Source: Macrostomum hystrix
Lineage: Eukaryota; Animalia; Platyhelminthes
Length of the DNA: 64,000 nucleotides
NCBI GenBank assembly: GCA_950097015.1
Contig: CATNEN010000024.1
Location: forward strand, 4,278,001-4,342,000
Direction of reading: 5' to 3'
Each line of letters opens with the position of its first letter. Within the stretch, counting starts at the first letter, position 1. The translations under genes were made by a program, and so were the position numbers. The notes beneath the pieces were generated by a model. The model was not told the origin of the DNA, did no database searches, and was given only the letters and a program-made list of their open reading frames with translations. Of this stretch, positions 59,766-64,000 are shown in pieces.

Positions 59766-62700
59766 ATGGCTCAAAGCTTCTGGGCAATGAGCCACAGCCT
59801 GATGATTGCCATCGCCCTGCTCACCGGCTTCTGTCCTAGCCTCGCCGCGGGCGACAGTGGACTGTTCGCGGGCGTCGGGCTGGCCGACATCACCGGACCT
59901 GCAGGCGAAGTGCCGATGGTGAGACATTCATGATCCTGCAGTGCATGATCTAACTCGATTCTTTAGTGAGCCTCTGCTACCTCCTTCCCGATCCTACAAT
60001 GTGCCTCTGCTACCTCCTTCCCGATCCTACAATGTGCCTCTGCTACCTGTTCCAGATCCTACAATGTGCCTCTGCTACCTCCTTCCCGATCCTTCAATGT
60101 GCCTCTGCTACCTCCTTCCCGATCCTACAATGTGCCTCTGCTACCTCCTTCCCGATCCTTCAATGTGCCTCTGCTACCTGTTCCAGATCCTTCAATGAGC
60201 TTCTGCTACCTGTTCCTCATCCTACAATGTGCCTCTGCTACCTGTTCCCGATCCTTCAATGAGCCTCTGCTACCTCCTTCCCGATCCTTCAATGAGCCTC
60301 TGCTACCTGTTCCCGATCTTACAATGAGTCTCTGCTACCTGTATCCGATCCTTCAATGAGCCTCTGCTACCTGTTCCCAACCCGATTTCCGAGGCGATTG
60401 TATTTTATTAAAATTACTGTACACCTGACTCAGTAAGCTAATTTCGCACTCAACACGCCCGCATACAGATGGGCTATGCCAAGGCTTCGCAGAAAACGGC
60501 CGGCATTCACATCCGTCTGTTCGCCAGGGCGTTCGTATTTCGCGACCGCTCAGGCGGAACAGTCGCCTACGTCAACGTTGATGCGGCGATGGTGTCCCAG
60601 ATGGTCAAGCTGAGGGTGAGCTGCCTCTCTGTGATTTCCTCTACACTACTATTCAAGTTAGTAGTACTGTCATGTGCAAGCAAGTAGCAGTTGTGCAGCA
60701 AAATTCTAAATAATACTGCTACAAGCTTAAAGAAAATCCACTTGATAAAAACATGTGAATTCCAAAGGGCAGTATTTTTTAAGTATTTTATTTAGGGCAG
60801 CAAAACAGAAAGCCGTTAAAATATTAAACAATATAACTAATGTTAACGGAGTACGTTCGTACGATGAAGTGACTTCAAAGCAGGTATGATTCTCAGCGAA
60901 GAGAAAATCACATTTTCGGAGAACTTCCTTTTGAACAGCAGCAGTAAAATTGAACACTCATCCATGGAGCGTAGTTTTTTTAGGAGCTGTATTCTAAACT
61001 CTTAAATAGACAATGAACAACACAACTAATAATATATTAATAATGTAATTTAACATTTAGGGGATGGTGTGGCTAAGATTAACAAGCGACAGCCGTTCTC
61101 TTTCAAATAGAAGTTCCACTGGTACTTTTTAACACCTGACTCCAAGAACAGCGTTTTCTACTTCTAAAACCAAAGCCAAAACTAGAAACTGAAATCGTGG
61201 CAGAAGTTCTTTTAAATTTTCTTCAAATTTGAACAACAAAGCCACAATCGCCAAGCTGCAGCCCAGGTCACAGTCTTAACCCAAGCGCTCCATCAAACGC
61301 TCAGCTGCATCTGGGCTGAAAAGCTCGTCAGTCTCGCTATAGTAGTAGCCCACCGAGTCATTCAGCAATGTCGGGCGCCAGTCCGGCGGGTGGCCAGCCG
61401 GCCAGACGGCCAGAACTAGGACTTGGCGCCAGCGACGGCGCTGTCTCTGCCGAAGGTTGAACTCCAGCGCCAGGGTCTTTAGCCGACGGCCCTCGTTGCT
61501 CGCGGCTGCCAGGTCAACCACTTCCTGAACGAAGCGCTGCTGGATTTCTACGCTAATGTCCAGGTAGTGCCCAAAGAAGTAGATCTTGCTTACATTGTTT
61601 ACAGCTCTCTCGGTGTCCGGATCAATCGGATCAGTAGTGCCACTGGAAATGGCCGTGTCCAATTGCCAGTCCAAAGACTGAATCTGCTGATGCAGACTGC
61701 AAAGCTCGATAGAATCCGCTGGCGTCTGATTGAGCACGTTGATGTCTTCGATTTCCCAGTGACAGTACACTTCTGGGTTGTCGCAGAAGACCTCGTCTGG
61801 AAGGCGCAACAGCATCCTAGCGCTGAACATGCCATTCAATTCTATCGAAAACTCCTTCCGAATTTGATAATTAATCTTGGTCATGTCCTCATCAGAGGCA
61901 AGCGGAAAGTCTTCTTCCTCTTGAAGCAAGTTGCGCATACGAGCTCGCCCGGTTCTTCGACGACTTCGCTGGTTTAGCAACAGCAGCTGGCGAGAAAGGC
62001 TTCGAGAAAGCTTCTCAAGGTAGTCCAGGTGTCTTGCCATAAGGCGAGAGAGGTCCAGTAGCCGTTCATCCTTCATGCAAGACAGCTGCTTCAGCACGTG
62101 ATTAATAGAATGGCGCTCATAATTTGGCTCTTTAACATTGATTTCGTTGTTGATGTTTCCTTTGTTTAATTTCTCTATCATTTTTTACAGACCGACGGAA
62201 AACAATATAATTAACCTGTGTGTAAAGATATCCGCGAGTCCTGTGTGTCTGTGTTATGACGGAACAAAAATGGGTGACTGCTCTTATCTCTCACTCTGTC
62301 CAGCAGCACGCTAAAATAATCAATATTTTTGGGGGTAGGCCTAGCCCAGTCCATTTGCGTCATTAAACACAGTAATCAGTTTAGATAAGGCGTATTAGTG
62401 CAAGTGCAGTGGAAATTTCCATAATCGAGAGCGCTAAATGTACAAGTGCGCTGAAATTCTATCGATCCGCCATCACCCTTCCGCTGCGCTCAAACAACAG
62501 ATGTAACTTTGACGTTAATGCCGACAGTTCAATCCACCCACCAACCACAAAATTCCTGCCCCACTGACCAATCGGATTTCGCCACTTCAAACTAAAGAAG
62601 CGACCACCCCTACTCGCGATTCAAAAAGTGATGCTAAGATGCCTAAAGTAGCTGGATGGGCCATAGACTACGAGTATCTTTGACTGAGAATAATAAAATT

Positions 62701-63720
62701 GGTTCAGTTCATCCACTCGATTAACTTTAAGAACCCCTGCTCCTGATTATAATATAGTATTTTCATTTTTAGTATATGAGATAGATTCTACTCTATATAT
62801 TATCGACGAGCATAGTCTCTGTATATAGGGTATAGTGGGTTTACTCTGTGCCCCTACCTAGTGTGTCTAGTGCATCATAAATAAAGCTAGTAATCATGTG
62901 ATTTGAGATTTAGCAAGTTTCACAGATACTACATTAATGCATTTTATGTGCTTTATTTTATGAATAAACCTTTACAGCCCTTATAAAACAGCATTCAATA
63001 GGGAAAATTCCATTTCTACGATTGTACGAGTATTAAGGTGGTCTAAGTTGCTTTTGAATTTTTACTATCCAATCACAGGTAATAGAAATCCTCCAGTCGA
63101 AATTCGGCAACACCTACACGGAGAAAAACGTCCTGCTATCAGCTATTCACACTCACTCTGGGCCAGGCGGTTTCCATGGCTACACACTGTACGCGATTTC
63201 AACTCTGGGCTACATGGCCGACACGTTCGAGGCATTCTCAAACGGCATCGCCAGTGTAAGCATGTTTTCAGGCTTTCATTTGGATAGACTAGTGCTCCGT
63301 GCGTCCCCAGATCTCCATTTGTTGATGCACTTTTACTGTCAATACTCTCAGAGTTCAATGCTCTCAGAAAAAAATCAATCATCATCGCGCAGAGTATCGA
63401 GCAGGCCCACCTGTCCCTTCGGCCCACTCGTCTGTTCTACAACGAAGGCGAACTGACAAACAGCAGCGTTAGCCGCAGCCCCAGTTCCTACCTGTTAAAT
63501 CCGGCAGCTGAACGAGCCCACTACAATGGCGACGTTGACCGGACAATGCAGCTGGTGAAGCTGGTGGACAGCAGCACCGGGCAGCCGTTCGGTATGCTGA
63601 ACTGGTTCCCCGTGCACTGTACTAGCCTCAACAACACCAACCAGATGATCAGCGGCGACAACAAGGGCTGGGCAGCGCAGACTTTCGAACGCTACATGTC
63701 CAACGGAACCCAGCTGCCAG
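59766..63720 (+). CDS. ASAH2: Neutral ceramidase (ASAH2/CDase family), 5' part, continues beyond the window; join(59766..59918,60469..60615,63079..63255,63393..63720,...)
   Basis: Signal/anchor segment; GVGLADITGP, MMGYA, GIHIRLFARAF, HTHSGPGG, RSP, NWFPVHCTS, SGDNKG; GT-AG junctions in phase. Confidence 0.93.
59970..60380. repeat. Minisatellite with 33-bp and 30-bp variants, ceramidase intron 1
   Basis: cctctgc at 59971, 60004, 60037; about 13 copies. Confidence 0.93.
61276..62181 (-). CDS. Hypothetical intronless 301-aa protein nested antisense in ceramidase intron 2
   Basis: Long non-repetitive ORF with ATG start, protein-like composition, GC higher than the flanking intron; no confident domain. 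Confidence 0.65.
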   Translation of the reverse strand: MIEKLNKGNINNEINVKEPNYERHSINHVLKQLSCMKDERLLDLSRLMARHLDYLEKLSRSLSRQLLLLNQRSRRRTGRARMRNLLQEEEDFPLASDEDMTKINYQIRKEFSIELNGMFSARMLLRLPDEVFCDNPEVYCHWEIEDINVLNQTPADSIELCSLHQQIQSLDWQLDTAISSGTTDPIDPDTERAVNNVSKIYFFGHYLDISVEIQQRFVQEVVDLAAASNEGRRLKTLALEFNLRQRQRRRWRQVLVLAVWPAGHPPDWRPTLLNDSVGYYYSETDELFSPDAAERLMERLG

Positions 63721-63735
63721 GTAAGCAGATAGTAC

Positions 63736-64000
63736 TAATAATAATTGCAGGAGGGCTGTGGGCAATGGCACGTCATTTAATGACACTAGACGCGCAGCCA
63801 GCGAGGAGGCAATTCTGCCCATTTCGCTGACTCCTGAGCACACACGCACACTGATACTGTACGCAGGCATACGCTCACACAGGTGTGTACATCTGCCCTG
63901 ACTTTCTCATCGTCAGACAGTGTACACTCTCACTGTGCCTTGGATGTTGGCCCTCAAGGGCGTAAATTTCACAACAAGCCCCAAGCCTGCTCTTCGCGGC
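63736..64000 (-). mobile_element. SINE family A copy, head beyond the window edge, at the start of ceramidase intron 4
   Basis: Closely similar to 11309-11580, including the (att)n tail. Confidence 0.88.

Overview
Eukaryotic (animal) genomic DNA with GC-rich exons, GT-AG introns, AT-rich spacers and many minisatellites. The architecture is reminiscent of the flatworm Macrostomum lignano, but the species is an inference. Spliced genes rebuilt by hand with phase-consistent junctions: an SLC6 amino-acid transporter (+, 8 exons, 779 aa), SNX13 (+, 4 exons, 926 aa), ANKEF1 (-, 8 exons, about 794 aa) and the 5' part of a neutral ceramidase (+, 4 exons in the window). Single-exon ORFs: a TM+SEL1-repeat protein, a divergent Rac-like GTPase, a probable GPCR N-terminal fragment, a 301-aa orphan nested antisense in a ceramidase intron, and a 190-aa orphan. 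Mobile DNA: an intact D,D34D mariner with perfect 29-bp TIRs, a fully bounded non-autonomous Helitron, a second Helitron-like 3' end, two hAT MITEs with 8-bp TSDs, two tRNA-derived SINE families and two LINE stubs, several of them nested. Best leads: (i) tandem RFX X-boxes inside a putative Helitron upstream of the cilia gene ANKEF1, plus a perfect X-box upstream of the uncharacterised SEL1 gene; (ii) the nested orphan gene; (iii) unusual functional-site substitutions in the SLC6 and Rac-like proteins. No CRISPR, rRNA or true tRNA genes were seen, and no new biological system is established from sequence alone.
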